Source of the DNA: Dendrobates tinctorius
Taxonomy: Eukaryota
Reading direction: 5' to 3'
NCBI RefSeq assembly: GCF_039654945.1
Contig: NW_027361692.1
Coordinates: 24,490,001 to 24,554,000 of the forward strand
DNA length: 64,000 nucleotides
Position 1 is the first letter of the stretch. Every line of letters begins with the position of its first letter. The translations under genes were made by a program, and so were the position numbers. Positions 22,060 through 35,035 of the stretch are shown piece by piece. The notes below the pieces were generated by a model. The model was not told the DNA's origin and did no database searches. It worked only from the letters and a program-made list of their open reading frames with translations.

Positions 22060-23752
22060 GTGCCCTGCCGGATAGGGTTACACGCGGCACAGTGCAGCAT
22101 CGGGGGCAGATCAGCTACATGGCTGATCCATCACTGCTGCCGGAGACCACTGGTCATAGGGTCTGTCGTATCTCGGAGGTCCCTGCCCTGGATGCTGCCG
22201 GATAGGGTTACACTGGGCACAGTGCAGCATCGGGGGCAGATCAGCTACATGGCTGATCCATCACTGCTGCCGGAGACCACTGGTCATAGGGTCTGTCGTA
22301 TCTCGGAGGTCCCTGCCCTGGATGCTGCCGGATAGGGTTACACTGGGCACAGTGCAGCATCGGGGGCAGACCAGCTACATGGCTGATCCATCACTGCTGC
22401 CGGAGACCGCTGATCATAGGGTCTGTCCTATCTCAGGGGTCCCTGCCCTGGATGCTGCTGGATAGTGCTGCTGCCCAGTGCAGCATCAGGGGCAGACCAG
22501 CTACATGGCTGATCCATCTCTGCTGCTGGAGACCGCTGATCATAGGGTCTGTCATATCTCGGAGGTCCCTGCCCACATGGCTGATCCATCACTGCTGCCA
22601 AAGACTGCTGATCATAGGGTCTGTCCTATCTCAGGGGTCCCTGCCCTGGATGCTACCGGATAGGGTTACACGGGGCACAGTGCAGCATCAGGGGCAGACC
22701 AGCTACATGGCTGATCCATCACTGCTGCCGGAGACCACTGATCATAGGGTCTGTCATATCTCGGAGGTCCCTGCCCACATGGCTGAGCCATCACTGCTGC
22801 CGAAGACCATTGATCATAGGGTCTGTCCTATCTCAGGGGTCCCTGCCCTGGATGCTGCCAGATAGGGTTACACTGGGCACAGTGCAGCATCGGGGGCAGA
22901 CCAGCTACATGGCTGATCCATCACTGCTGCCGGAGACCGCTGATCATAGGGTCTGTCCTATCTCAGGAGTCCCTGCCCTGGATGCTGCCGGATAGGGTTA
23001 CACGGGGCACAGTGCAGCATCGGGGGCAAACCAGCTACATGGCTGATCCATCACTGCTGCCGGAGACCACTGATCATAGGGTCTGTCCTATCTCAGGAGT
23101 CCCTGCCCTGGATGCTGCCGGATAGGGTTACACGGGGCACAGTGCAGCATCGGGGGCAAACCAGCTACATGGCTGATCCATCACTGCTGCCGGAGACCAC
23201 TGATCATAGGGTCTGTCCTATCTCAGGAGTCCCTGCCCTGGATGCTGCCGGATTGGGTTACACGGGGCACAGTGCAGCATCGGTGGCAGACCAGCTACAT
23301 TGTCTGATCCATCACTGCTGCCGGAGACCACTGATCATAGGGTCTGTCCTATCTCAGGAGTCCCTGCCCTGGATGCTGCCGGATAGGGTTACACGGGGCA
23401 CAGTGCAGCATCGGTGGCAGACCAGCTACATTGTCTGATCCATCACTGCTGCCGGAGACCACTGATCATAGGGTCTGTCCTATCTCAGGGGTCCCTGCCC
23501 TGGATGCTGCCGGATTGGGTTACACGGGGCACAGTGCAGCATCGGGTGGCAGACCAGCTACATTGTCTGATCCATCACTGCTGCCGGAGACCACTGATCA
23601 TAGGGTCTGTCATATCTCAGGGGTCCCTGCCCTGGATGCTGCCGGATAGGGTTACACGGGGCACAGTGCAGCATCGGGGGCAGACCAGCTACATGGCTGA
23701 TCCATCACTGCTGCTGGAGACCACTGTTCATAGGGTCTGTCATATCTCGGGG
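22060..23752. repeat. Tandem array, ~130-bp unit, about 12-13 copies with variants
   Basis: gatagggtta recurs at 22071, 22201, 22331 and again at 22861, 22991, 23121. Confidence 0.95.
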
Positions 23753-24792
23753 GTACTAAGCACAGATATCAGCCCCCTGTGCCTGCGGTAGGGATCTGGT
23801 ACCTTATATATGTGTGGGGTGATCGGGGGCATAAATGGGGAAACATGGGGCCCCCAGATCAAAAGCCCTGATTTCCCCCTCCCCCTCTATTTGGTGGGGT
23901 CAGCAAATAAACAGTCACACAAGCACATACATCCCAGTATTTACAGATATGGAGGGGCAAATGTGCACAGTAATTGTGCCTCTATTGTAGCCCCTTATTA
24001 TTCTCACCCACTGCAGTGCCCCTTTCATGACCCCCCCCCCCAATGAGTACTGTATATTACCCTATAAATGACACACACACTGTCCCCACACAGTATGACC
24101 CCTCCACAGGGAACCCACCACATATACCTTATTGTGTCAACCAACCCAATATGATGTTCCCACAGTATGAGGCCACACATTATATTGCCACTAGTTACCT
24201 CTCCCCCCACAGTATGCTGCCTTCCTCCACAGTGCAGTGCGCATGGTACAGTGGCCTCATTGCACACCGTATAATGGCAAAATGAAAGGTAACCCCCAGC
24301 CCCATTTCCCAATGTCCTGCTTCGGTTTGTGTTTTGCGTACCAAGACTCCATGCACTGAGCTCCATTTAGTGATGTCCTCTTGCCTGCTGTGCTGAGACT
24401 TGGACACACATGCTGAATAGTGGAAGGTGAAGCTGATGGCTACACTATTATATTCAACTAGGGAAGCAGCTACCATTGAAATCCAGGCACCGTTCATCTC
24501 CAGCGCTCCACAACTGAGAGGCCACGCGGTCTGCCGCTATTTATCTTTTGGCCTTTGATGTTGAGGGGCCCGGGTCCTGTAAACGTTTTAGAGCCCATCC
24601 TGAGGCCGGTTTAGATTCACTTAAGTATTTATACAGCTTTTGAGGCTGTTGAGTTCATGAGAGGAGACACGCGACCACTCTACATGGACCATGAATCTCT
24701 GACATGGGAAACCAGGCTTACTTTACATAGTGTACTAAGGCAACAAAACATAAATCCTGCAGCAGAAAAAGGGAGAAAACCCAAATATATAT

Positions 24793-24824
<32 letters not shown>

Positions 24825-25519
24825 CATTCCTTATAAAAGACCGAAATCCCAGAAACCCACAATGCCAGTGTGAAAGTGTCACTTATTTCCTGCCGACCTC
24901 ACACCTCGGACAAGAGGGCTATGAAGCAAAGAGCTGTGGGCAAATGTCTATGTTCCTTTAGCTTCTGTGTCACCTCTGACCTGACCATGGCCGCTGTTGT
25001 CGCCCTTTCCTCCAGCTGAGACGTAGAATTCTGCCCCCTAGAGAGCATTGATCTGCCCGAGTGCCTGTCTTATCTGTAGACACATAACTATGGCAGCAGA
25101 TTCATGTTTTGCAGAATTCTGTATTTCCTCCCAGGCACTGCTTCAGATTCCTGTTATTCAGAGCAGATTGGAAATACTGAATTCTTATGTGTTAACGCCC
25201 TGAACATATGTTTCCAACCAAAATATTTTGCTCCTGAATGTGAAACATCCCAAGAGTCATCCAGGACTGAGCCGTCCAGAAACGTCGCTGATTGCTGTGT
25301 ACATGGAGGCAGCGCTTGAAATCCGGAGTCTATGGCACCGGAAAGACAACCTAAAATAATAGCCACAGCGCTGAAACTCAGGCTTAGCTTAGTAGTCAGA
25401 GGTCTTGCTGTTCAGTCTTTCACTCACTATCATCCTTTTTTTTGTGCTAGAAAGAAGTGTCAGACTTTTTTGATTGCACGCTGGAGAATATATACAGTGT
25501 GTATATATATAATATAATA

Positions 25520-26236
25520 ATTAGTAAATCAACCCCCCTTTATCACCCCCTTAGTTAGGTAAAAATAATAAAATAAAAAATGTATATATTTCCATTTTTC
25601 CGTTAGGGGTTAGGGTTATGGTCGGGGTTAGAGCTAGGGTTGGGGTTAGAATTGGGGGAGTTTCCACTGTTTAGGCACATCAGGGGGTCTCCAAACGCGA
25701 CATGGCGCCACCATTGATTCCAGCCAGTTTTGCATTCAAAACATCAAACTGTGCTCTTTCCCTTCTGAGCCCCGACGTGTGCCCAAACAGTGGCTTTCCG
25801 CCACTTATGGGGTATCGGCGTACTCAGGAGAAAGTGCACAACAAATTTTGTGGTCCATTTTCTCCTGATACCCTTGTGAAAATAAAAAAAATTGATTCCA
25901 AAGTAAATTTTTTGCGAAAAAAGTAAAATGTTCATTTTTTTCCTTCCTCATTGCTTTATTTCTCGTGAAGCACCTGAAGGGTTAATAAACTTCTTGAATT
26001 TGGCTTTGAGCACCTTGAGGGGTGCAGTTTTTAGAATGGTGTCACTTTTGTGTATTTTCTGTCATATAGACCCCTCAAACTCACTTCAAACAATATGTCA
26101 TGAAAAAACATTATCAGAATCAGCGGGATCCATTAAAGCGTTCCGGAGTTATAACCTCATAAAGTGACAGTGGTCAGAATTGTAAAAATTGGCCTGGTCA
26201 TTAAGTACTAAATTGGCTCTGTCACTAAGGTGTTAA
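25520..26236. mobile_element. Fragment of an abundant TTAA-ended non-autonomous DNA element (related fragments ~195-1230, 10210-10760, 12900-13230)
   Basis: Shared motifs (ccccattttggaa, gtcactttt, gggttaata), degenerate ttaggg run, and an end resembling aaggggttaa. Confidence 0.45.
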
Positions 26237-26239
26237 GGT

Positions 26240-27200
26240 AATCTCGGAAAGATGCAGTGATGTTGATATCAGGGCTGTGGGGGCCATATCATCACTTCTA
26301 GGAATAGTTTTAAGATAGTTCCTTAGAGACACATCTGCATGTTTTGGGCCATTTTCCTGCTGCAGAATAAATTTGGAGCCAATCGGATGCCTCCCTGAAG
26401 GTATTGCATAGTGGATAAGAATGTGCCTGTATTTCTCCGCATTGATAACACCATTAATCCTACCCAATTCCATGTGCTGAAATGCAGCCCCAATCTTGCA
26501 AGAAACCTCCACCATGCTTTACTGTACACTGCATGCTGTTACAGCCCAAGGCAAATTTTGATTCATCAGTTCACACATTTGCTGCCATTTTTCTGCTCTC
26601 CTGGTCCCATGATTTTGTGCATAGCTGAGTCTCTGACAGGTTTCCATGCTGAAGGTATGACTTTTGATCACAATTCTTCTATAAACACCACTTCTGTCCA
26701 GAACAGTAGAATGCTGTACCTGGGTCCTACTGGCTACTGGAACTTCTGAGCTGATAGCACTTCTGGACATATTTCGAAGGGAAGTAAGCATGGTGTGTCT
26801 TCCATCCGATGCACAAGTTTCCTCCTGTTACCATGAAGTCTGCGTTCCTCCACGTTGACCATTTCTTGATGCCTCTTCAAAGGGGATTTAACAGCAGGTC
26901 TTGAAAACTCCAGTCTGTTTTGAAATCTGTGCCTCGCAGAGACCCTCTAAATGCAGTTCTTCTACTTCAGGGTTTCCCAACTCCAGTCCTCAAGGCACAC
27001 CAACAAATCATGTTTTCAGGATTTCCTTAGTATTGCTCAGGTGATAATTGCTTCACCTGTGCAATACAAAGGAAATCCTGAAAACATGACCTGTTGGTGT
27101 GCCTTGAGGACTGGAGTTGGGAAACCCTGTTCTACCTTGTGTCTTTTTGCTGTGATCAGTCTTGCCATGGTGTTTGACCTGTGACCTGAAACTGTCTTGG
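26240..27200 (-). mobile_element. Decayed Tc1 transposase fragment
   Basis: Minus-strand remnants such as KYRHILIHYAIPSG..LQQENGPKH (QDNDPKH-like) with frameshifts. Confidence 0.7.
26968..27129. mobile_element. hAT-type MITE, 162 bp
   Basis: Long TIR cagggtttcccaactccagtcctcaaggcacaccaaca; 8-bp TSD TTCTACTT/TTCTACCT. Confidence 0.88.
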
Positions 27201-27369
27201 GCCTCATTCAGATGTCTGGGTGGCACATACATGTGCTGTCTGCTTTGACTTATTTATTTTTTCCACGGCTACCACACATTCTAATCTATGCAGTCCTGCG
27301 AGCCTGGAATAAGGTTATTCTGAAGCTGCAATTTATTTATTTTTAAAATATATTACTGTGGGAGTGCCA

Positions 27370-28460
27370 TGAATGTGCCGCATTGTGCTGAGCCCAGGTC
27401 CTCTTTAAATCCACACAGCCATTCGTGAGTTTACAGGTTTCTTGTGGTATGGAAATGGTTTAGAGTTCCTCGTGGTCTATTGGCTGTGCTGCTTATTGGA
27501 ACCACACCCTTCCATTTTATAAACCCGTGTCTGGCTTCCCTCCATGTCGTCATGGATTTGGACAATTTTATGTGGCCTCCTTTTGGCTCTGGGAGGGGTA
27601 TGTACTGTATACCCATGCTGGACTAGGATTCTCTGTCAGTTATACTTTCGTTCTGTCTGGGTCTGACCCCTGGTGTGCATACTGCATTGTTTGATTGTTT
27701 TCTGGTTTTGACCCTCCGGCCCGTCTGTCTTGACTCTGCTACTTCTCGTCCCTTTTGTACCTCACCGCTACGTTTGGCTTTCTGACCTCTTGCTTCTACC
27801 TGACTACTCTTTTGTCTCATTCCCCGGTACCTCGTTTGACCCCCCGGTTTAGACTTGGTAACGTTTAGTCTTCCCTCCGGCGCCTCACGCCGCCCTCGGC
27901 CACTCCCCCTGGGTCACGTGGGTTAGGTCCTGCTCGCAGCCTAGTGAGTTCTCCACCGCTCTGCGTTCACCTCCCTCACAGCTGTGTGCAGCCTTCCCTG
28001 AAGCGGTCAGCACAGAGGACCGTGACACTTGAGAGCAATAGAATCTTCATTCTGTTCCTGGCTGCATTGGAGAAGGTGTTCTGGAGAGCTGCTCTTGTCG
28101 TTTTGAGATTGTTGTATGCGGTTTGTTTTGAATACCTCTATCTTTGCCTTTTTGGCATTTTTTTGCGTTGCTTTTCTGCCTCCTTACTGTGCACCCATTT
28201 TTCCGTTGTATTTTATCCTGTGTGCCTTTTGTTTGATGGTGCATTGGTTCTGCCTGTCTGTCTAGTCGGTGTTAACCTTTTACTCCCTGGGGGGTAGGGT
28301 GGGAGCTGCTAGGATTTCATAGGCGCACAGGGAGGTACTTGACACAGGCCTCCCCACCTTCAGGGGTAACTCTGGGGTTAGAGATAGACTAGGTTTTCCC
28401 TAGATTAATGGACAGTATAGAGTCCCTCCTCCCCAACTTTCCTATGGTCACAGCGTTACA
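27370..28460 (+). mobile_element. LTR-like remnant(s)
   Basis: Two LTR-like ends (cgtgaca at 28027, cgttaca at 28460), TATA-like motifs and pyrimidine-rich ctgac repeats; no TSD confirmed. Confidence 0.35.
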
Positions 28461-31017
28461 AGGAATTTATCGGTTACTTTTTGTTTCTGTTTTACTTCAC
28501 GATTCAACATCAAATTTTTTGTTTTTACGTGTTTTTTTTCTCCTCCTCTTCTTCCAAGAGCCATCTTTTTTTTTATTTTTCTCTCAACGTAGCTATTGTT
28601 TTATGGTTTTTGTTCTTACTGCGGTCATTAGTTCAGTGCAAAATGACCCAGAAATATTTTTGTCCAGTCCAATGACGGCGATGTCAGGCTTGCATCGAAT
28701 CCCATCACCTATTTAAGTGATTTTGCAAAAATTTTGTCACCATGTTTTCGTTTTTCTGACACATAACAACATTACAGCTGAGTGATAGCTTGGTGTTCTA
28801 CACGGTGGGCTAACAGTTTTACTGATACCAATCCGGAGCACAGAGGACATGTATGATCCTCTTCCCCCCTCCCCCCTTTTTTTTTTTTCTCTTCCTTTGG
28901 CATTCTAGTTGACCAAGGGAAAAAAACATAATTAATCTTTATTTTTATAATAATCTTTGTTTATATAGCGCTAACATATTCCGCAGCGCTTTACAGTTTG
29001 CACACATTATCATCACTGTCCCCGATGGGGCTCACAATCTAAATTCTGGCGTTTTGATGTCTTTTCTCCTTACGTTTTTTTTTTTTTTTACCATAGAGTT
29101 GATTCTTTCTATATTTTGATAAATCAGACTATTACATACTCGGTGATTTTTCTTCCCTCTTTCTTTTTAACAAGGATTGTGTAGTCTTGAGACCTGTAAC
29201 TTAGTTTTGCCACCTATAGAGCTGTATGAGGACTTTGAGGTTCATACAATGTTTTGATCAGTTTTTATTGCATTTTTTGTGGGAAGTGCAGAGACCCAAA
29301 AATTGGTTGTTAGTAATTAAAAAGATAGAAACACCAATGCATACAGTATGGGTTTCACTTTTTTCTTTCTTTTTTTTGTCATCTTCATAGGGTACTTGAA
29401 CCTGTAATAGTTTTTTCTGTTCTTTATGCCAAAGAATCTAACCCTAATAATGATCGTGACCTGACAGAGCTACCGCCATGGCAGCGATAGGCGCAGGCCC
29501 CTGGCTGATATGGCCCCCGTACAGGGTTTTGTGAATTTAGTTATCGATAGAGAAAATATCTGATTTCTTGGGACATAGATTCCCTTTAAAAATCTTGTGT
29601 ATCACCAGGTTTTTGCTATGTTACCTGAGAGGGGCAGAGACTCTGATTCCAGCAATGTGTCATTTACTAGTCTGTATCCGTTCATTTTGATATAGTGTGT
29701 TCTCTGACTGGTGATTTCTATATAACTCTGCCCACATCACTGACTGACTTGCGCTCTGTATACGCTGTGCATAGGCAGCAAGCTACTAATCAGTGGTAGT
29801 GGCAAAGTTACATGGAGTAAGGGGACCTCATGGTGCAAGACAACTAGTCCCACTAGTTATAACCTAATGATAATGCATTGATATGTATCAAGGTCTCTGT
29901 CATTCTGCTTTCAGATTACAAAGAAAACTGGTCACAGATTCCCTTTTAATTGTATAATCAAGTGGATAGAAGGGACCAAAAGGGGAGAACCACTTGTATG
30001 TTATTTGGGTATTTCATAGATCTGGTGCTCTCTATCCGAATTACAGCATGGGAATACAAGTCCTACAAAGCCATATTTCAGTGGCAGGAACCTTGTTACA
30101 TCCGGACATCTGATCTCAGAAACTGAGACGTCCAGAGCGTAATTCCTGCATTCACGTTCAAAGTCAGAGGAGACGTGGTGACAGGTCACTTTTCTGCTCC
30201 TCTCTGGCTCTTGGCAGATGTTTACCTGGACAGAGTATGATGGGTCAGGGCCATAGCCCCTGATTCCCTCCACTTACATCTTGTAGCTCGTGCTCATTGC
30301 ATGTGAAGAATGAATAACTAATGCTTTTTAGATTATTGGTTCAGTAAGAGAAAATGTATTATTAGAGAATTCCCTCTATACTTATTCAACTTTCCAAAAA
30401 TAAAAAAACGTCGCAGGCAAGTATGAACCATCCTGCAGCCGGTGTAACCAGTAAAAGTGTCCTTTTATTCAGGAAAATGAGAATACGATGTAGATCAGCG
30501 ATGGTTAAGAACATTTCAGAGTCGCTGCACGTATGAGGACTTTGAAAATACAAATTATTGCTTTATAGAGCATCATTGATTTCAGGGTGCTGGACATGTA
30601 AAATGGGGTCACATGCAAAATATAGATGGCAACGATGCTTATCTAAAAATGCATGCAGGTCACATGCACACATATGGTTCGAATAGTAAAAACTACAAAG
30701 CCACAATAACGGTATAGCGTAGTGGTATTACTAGCAGAGCAATAAAGGTAATACATATAATCCCATATAAAGACATATAGGCCAAATGACAAAGAATGGA
30801 AAGTGGCATGCAGAAAAGATTAGGTCCCGAAAGAATAAATGGAATATGAATTGTACAGGGAAATGGCAAACAATGCAAGGCTATTGTGTAGGAAATGTAT
30901 TGAAATAGGCATCAGACAACAGCAGTGCATGGGTCCTCGCCATAATGGTTATATACAAGGCACATAATGTATCATAGATTAGGAATACATGTGTGTCCAC
31001 CTGATGATGTACAGGAG

Positions 31018-31052
31018 CCCCGACGCTCGTTTCACCCTGCTTCCTCAGGGGG
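31018..31052 (-). ncRNA. Minimal type-I hammerhead ribozyme-like motif in a probable Penelope remnant (~30630-31260)
   Basis: Minus strand cccc-CTGAGGA-agcagggt-GAAA-cgagc-GTC-gggg: intact core, GUC triplet, stem I cccc/gggg. Confidence 0.65.
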
Positions 31053-32398
31053 CGTATGTAGAGTCGGCAGAGAGACTGGGGGTTTAAATATAGCCAGGGG
31101 TCCAATTGTAGAAGAGAGATCAGCATCCATTATTGTTATGGTCAGGTGTGCAGCGCATGACATGCTCACTCCTCAATGGAGAAAATGACTTCATCATGTT
31201 TCCGGGCCGCGAGACACAAGGTGTTAAAATGTCACCCAAAGGTCTTTTAAACATATTGATACATTCTTTTCATTGCTGATTTTTCGGGCTGGGTCCAGAG
31301 GAGGATGCTCTTGTTCAGTGTTCTATATGCAGAGATTGTGAAGGCAGACATGCTAATAAACCCTCACTGCCTTCTCCTTGAGGAGTCTTTCTGCATCTGA
31401 CTGCCCTCCCCACTGCATGATTTTGTGCAAGCACCTATTGACATTTTAGAATGTCAGCGCAGGGTAAAGTGCGGAGGGCCCCAGACCTTTAAAGTCTATG
31501 GATGGTCAAGAAGTAGTGAAGTCCTGTTCCAGATTAATCACACCTTCCCACCTGCTTGTTTTCGGTCTTTCCACCCCCTGCCTTTTCTTGGATTAACAGT
31601 TCTGGCTTTAGTTGGAGAAGGGCAGAGATAGATGGAAGGTGGGAAGGTGTATATAAATGACTGGCCCCGCCGTGATGCACTGAGCGCCTGAACTTGGTTT
31701 GAACAGTCATTCAGTGCTGACAGTCCCGTTAATAATATATATATATATGAGTGCCAGTGACTTTCGTCAGAGAAGGCTCTCGGATGGTTTTGTGTCGTCT
31801 CAGGAGGTTGCTTGGGTTCCAGACTCCTAAATGGTCAGTTTGTGTCTAACTGATAAAAACACTGTAGCATTGTATCAGTAGATTCTGCTCTTATTAGAAA
31901 GTTCAGCTGTGGTTTCTATGAAATCTTTTGCTTTTAGTATTCTGATTTTTTTTTCTCCATTCCTCACAGTACCTTTGTTAACAGAACAGGAATGTATTGG
32001 GCAGGAGCCAGACTTTTTTCCATTGCTATGTTTAGTCTAAGCTGTGTGATGCTTGTGCTCCATTAAGATGACAGCCCAATAATACATGGGCCAGATACTT
32101 CTTTCTGCAGAACAGTATTGTCTATAGCAGGGGGAGGGAACCTTCTGTGGCCCCGGGCAGATTCCTGGGCCGGCAGCTGTGTTTTGACGGCCCCTGGCCT
32201 TTGAATTTCTTCTTGCTCTGTGAGCACACACACGGTGTTCACTGCTGAATGCTGAAACGTGTGCAATGAAGGGTTACATCCAGCGTCAGGACGTACTTTG
32301 TGGGCAGAGTTAGCATGCAATTTCTACAGCCCCCCAAAGGATCCTATAAATATCCATATGGCCTTTGGAAGAAAAACGTTCCCCACCTCTGACCTTAA

Positions 32399-32847
32399 AG
32401 GGAATCTGTCACCCCTTTTTTGAGATATCATATAATGATATCATTCAATTGTGTGTCACATAAGGATTCTCTTAGTACTTTTGCTTCCCCCTGACCCCGC
32501 ACCTTTCATGCATAAATACCTTTTTTATATATCGGTTCAAATGTATGTAAACTGCTGCTGTCTGGTCTGCTGGGCGGGGCTTATTCACTTGCTCCCCCCT
32601 CCCTGTCTTGCTCTATACATTTCTTCTTGCATAGAGCAAGACAGGGAGGAGGGAGCAGGTGAATAAGCCCCGCCCATCGGACAGGACTGCGGCAGTTTAC
32701 ATACATCTGAACCGATATAAAAAAGGTATTTATGCATGAAAGGTGTGGGGTCAGGGGGAAGCAAAAGTACTAAGAGAATCCTCATGTGACACACAATTGA
32801 ATTATATCATTACATGATATCTCAAAAAAAGGGGTGACAGATTCCCT
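32399..32847. mobile_element. TTAA-target palindromic MITE (T2/Kolobok-like)
   Basis: agggaatctgtcacccctttttt / aaaaaaggggtgacagattccct with arms complementary over ~190 bp; TTAA on both sides. Confidence 0.88.
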
Positions 32848-33143
32848 TTAAGTAATAAAGCTCATTTTCTTCGAGTTCTTTTATTTACTCCCCTATGCAC
32901 ATATAACTCAAGGTCTATTATGACGTCTTGTATTATATACTAGTTTTAGATTGTATTTTAAAGTTCTTTATCACGAAACTTATCTCCAAACTATAGGGCA
33001 AAGTAACAGTGGAGTAATTGTCTATAGCAGCTGATCATGTTCGAAGCCCTCATTTTTCCAAGGTCCTGTAATTATTATTATTATTCAAAATGAAAGCATC
33101 ATCTGACTAATTGTGCTGGACAACTTTTACATAGGGCCTTATA

Positions 33144-33667
33144 CAGTGGCATGTCAAAATTTGGGCACACCTGGTCAAAATTACTGTTATTGTGAACAGT
33201 TAAGCAAGTTGAATATTTTCATCTTTTACATGTTAAAAATTACAAAAAGGAAAATGGGCTGATGCAAAAGAGTTGGGCACCCTTGGGGATTTGTGTGCTC
33301 AGATAACTTTCAAACCTTAATTAGCCTGTTAGGGTTATGGATTGTTCACTATCATTGTTAGACAAGGCCAGGTGATGCAAATTTCTCAGCTTTAGAAAAT
33401 CCCAGCCTCCGCTAACCTTGTGCCAAAAAACAGCAGCCATGGGTTCTTCTAAGCAGCTGCCTAGCCCTCTGAAAATGAAAGTGAAGGAGGCCCACAAAGC
33501 AGAAGAAAGTTATAAGAAGATAGCAAAGCATTTTCAAGTTGCCCTTTCCTTAGTTCGAAATGTAATTAAGAAATGGCAGTTAACAGTGGAGGTCAAGATA
33601 AGGTCTGGAAGACCAAACAAAATTACAGTGAGGGCTGCTCTTAACATCGCTAGAAAGGCAAATCCAA

Positions 33668-33726
<59 letters not shown>

Positions 33727-34714
33727 GCATGACTGCAACAGACCTTCAGAAAGATTTAGCAGACTCTGGAGTTGTGGTAAAATGTTCTACTGTTCAGAGA
33801 CCCCTGCACAAATATATGGCCTTCATGAATGGGTCATCAAAAAACCTCTCCTATGTCTTTACCATATAATTCAGAGTTAAAGGTATTCAAAAGAACATCT
33901 AAACAAGCCTGATACATTTTGGAAGCAAGTCTTGTGGACTAATTGAGGTTAAAATAGAACTCTCTGGCCACAATGATCAGAGGTATGTGTGGAAAACAAA
34001 AAAGGGCACAGAAATTCAGGAAAAAATATCTTGATGACCATGAACCATGGAGGTGGATCCATCATGCTTTGGGGTTGTGTTGCATGTGCAGTCAAATCCA
34101 TGGGGAACATTTCATAGGTAGGAGAAGAAATGGATTGCTGTAAATGAAATTTCAACAAATTCTTGATGCAAACATATGACCATCTGTCAAAAAAAGCTGA
34201 AATTGAAAAGAAGATGGCTTCTACCAATGGATAGTGATCTTAAACACACATCAAAATCCACAATAGACTACCTCAAAAGGCGCAAGCTGAAGGTTTTACA
34301 ATGCCCCTCACAGTCTGTGATCTGAACGTCATTAAAAATGTGTGGCTAGAACTGAAAATAGCAGTGTTTGCAAGACAACCCAGGAATCTCAAACCTGGAA
34401 AAATTTTCCAAGGAAGAATGGATGAAAATTCCTCAAACAAGAATTAAAAGATTCTTAGGTGGCTACAAAAAGCTGTGATACTTTCAAACGAGGGTGCTAC
34501 TAGGTACTAGCCATGCACGGTGGCCAAACTTTTGCATCGGTCCATTTTCCTTTTTGTAATTCGCAAATGTAAAAGACTTTGCCTGAAATAGAAATGTGTC
34601 ATATTTAACTTTAGCCCTTTTTAGAGATCTTTATTTTTATTTTTTCAACTTGCTTAACTGTTAACAATAACAGTAATTTTAACCAAGGGTGTCCAAACTT
34701 TCACATTGCCACTG
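33144..34714 (+). mobile_element. Full-length but decayed Tc1 transposon with an inserted (CA)n tract (33671-33725)
   Basis: TA-cagtggc...gccactg ends, long TIRs, transposase remnants (MGSSKQL..., RSGRP, HGGGSIMLWGC) with many stops and frameshifts. Confidence 0.85.
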
Positions 34715-34880
34715 TGTCTGTGGGGTTCCAACACTGTGTTTTGTAGTTTTATTAGTTTACTTTTACAATCTCTGCAGTTTGTCTTTTGTGATGCGATTGT
34801 GTAAACTTGACTCTTCTCGATCTTCCTTATATGCCTCCAGGCTAAAGTCATTCAAAAGTGGTGAAGGTCGAACAATCAAG

Positions 34881-35035
34881 ATGTTGGAAGAGGATATGGA
34901 GGTGGCCATTAAGGTGGTGGTGGTTGGGAATGGTGCGGTTGGTAAATCAAGTATGATTCAGAGGTACTGCAAGGGAATATTCACAAAGGATTATAAGAAA
35001 ACCATTGGCGTGGACTTCCTAGAAAGGCAAATACA
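34881..35035 (+). CDS. RAB23: Ras-related protein Rab-23, first coding exon (exon starts at 34841)
   Basis: MLEEDMEVAIKVVVVGNGAVGKSSMIQRYCKGIFTKDYKKTIGVDFLERQI; acceptor ctccag ends at 34840; phase-2 donor gtacgt at 35036. Confidence 0.97.

Noticed and set aside
22060-23752. Possible CRISPR array or newt satellite-2-like hammerhead array
   Set aside because: Units are contiguous with no unique spacers, the DNA is vertebrate, and there is no CUGANGA/GAAA core (ctgatcca and ctgatcat only).
25600-25660. Interstitial telomeric (TTAGGG)n
   Set aside because: Short and degenerate, and embedded in a dispersed DNA-element fragment.
34689-34880. N-terminal extension of RAB23 suggested by the ORF track
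   Set aside because: Begins at GTG inside a Tc1 TIR and crosses the splice acceptor at 34840; the conserved start is ATG 34881.
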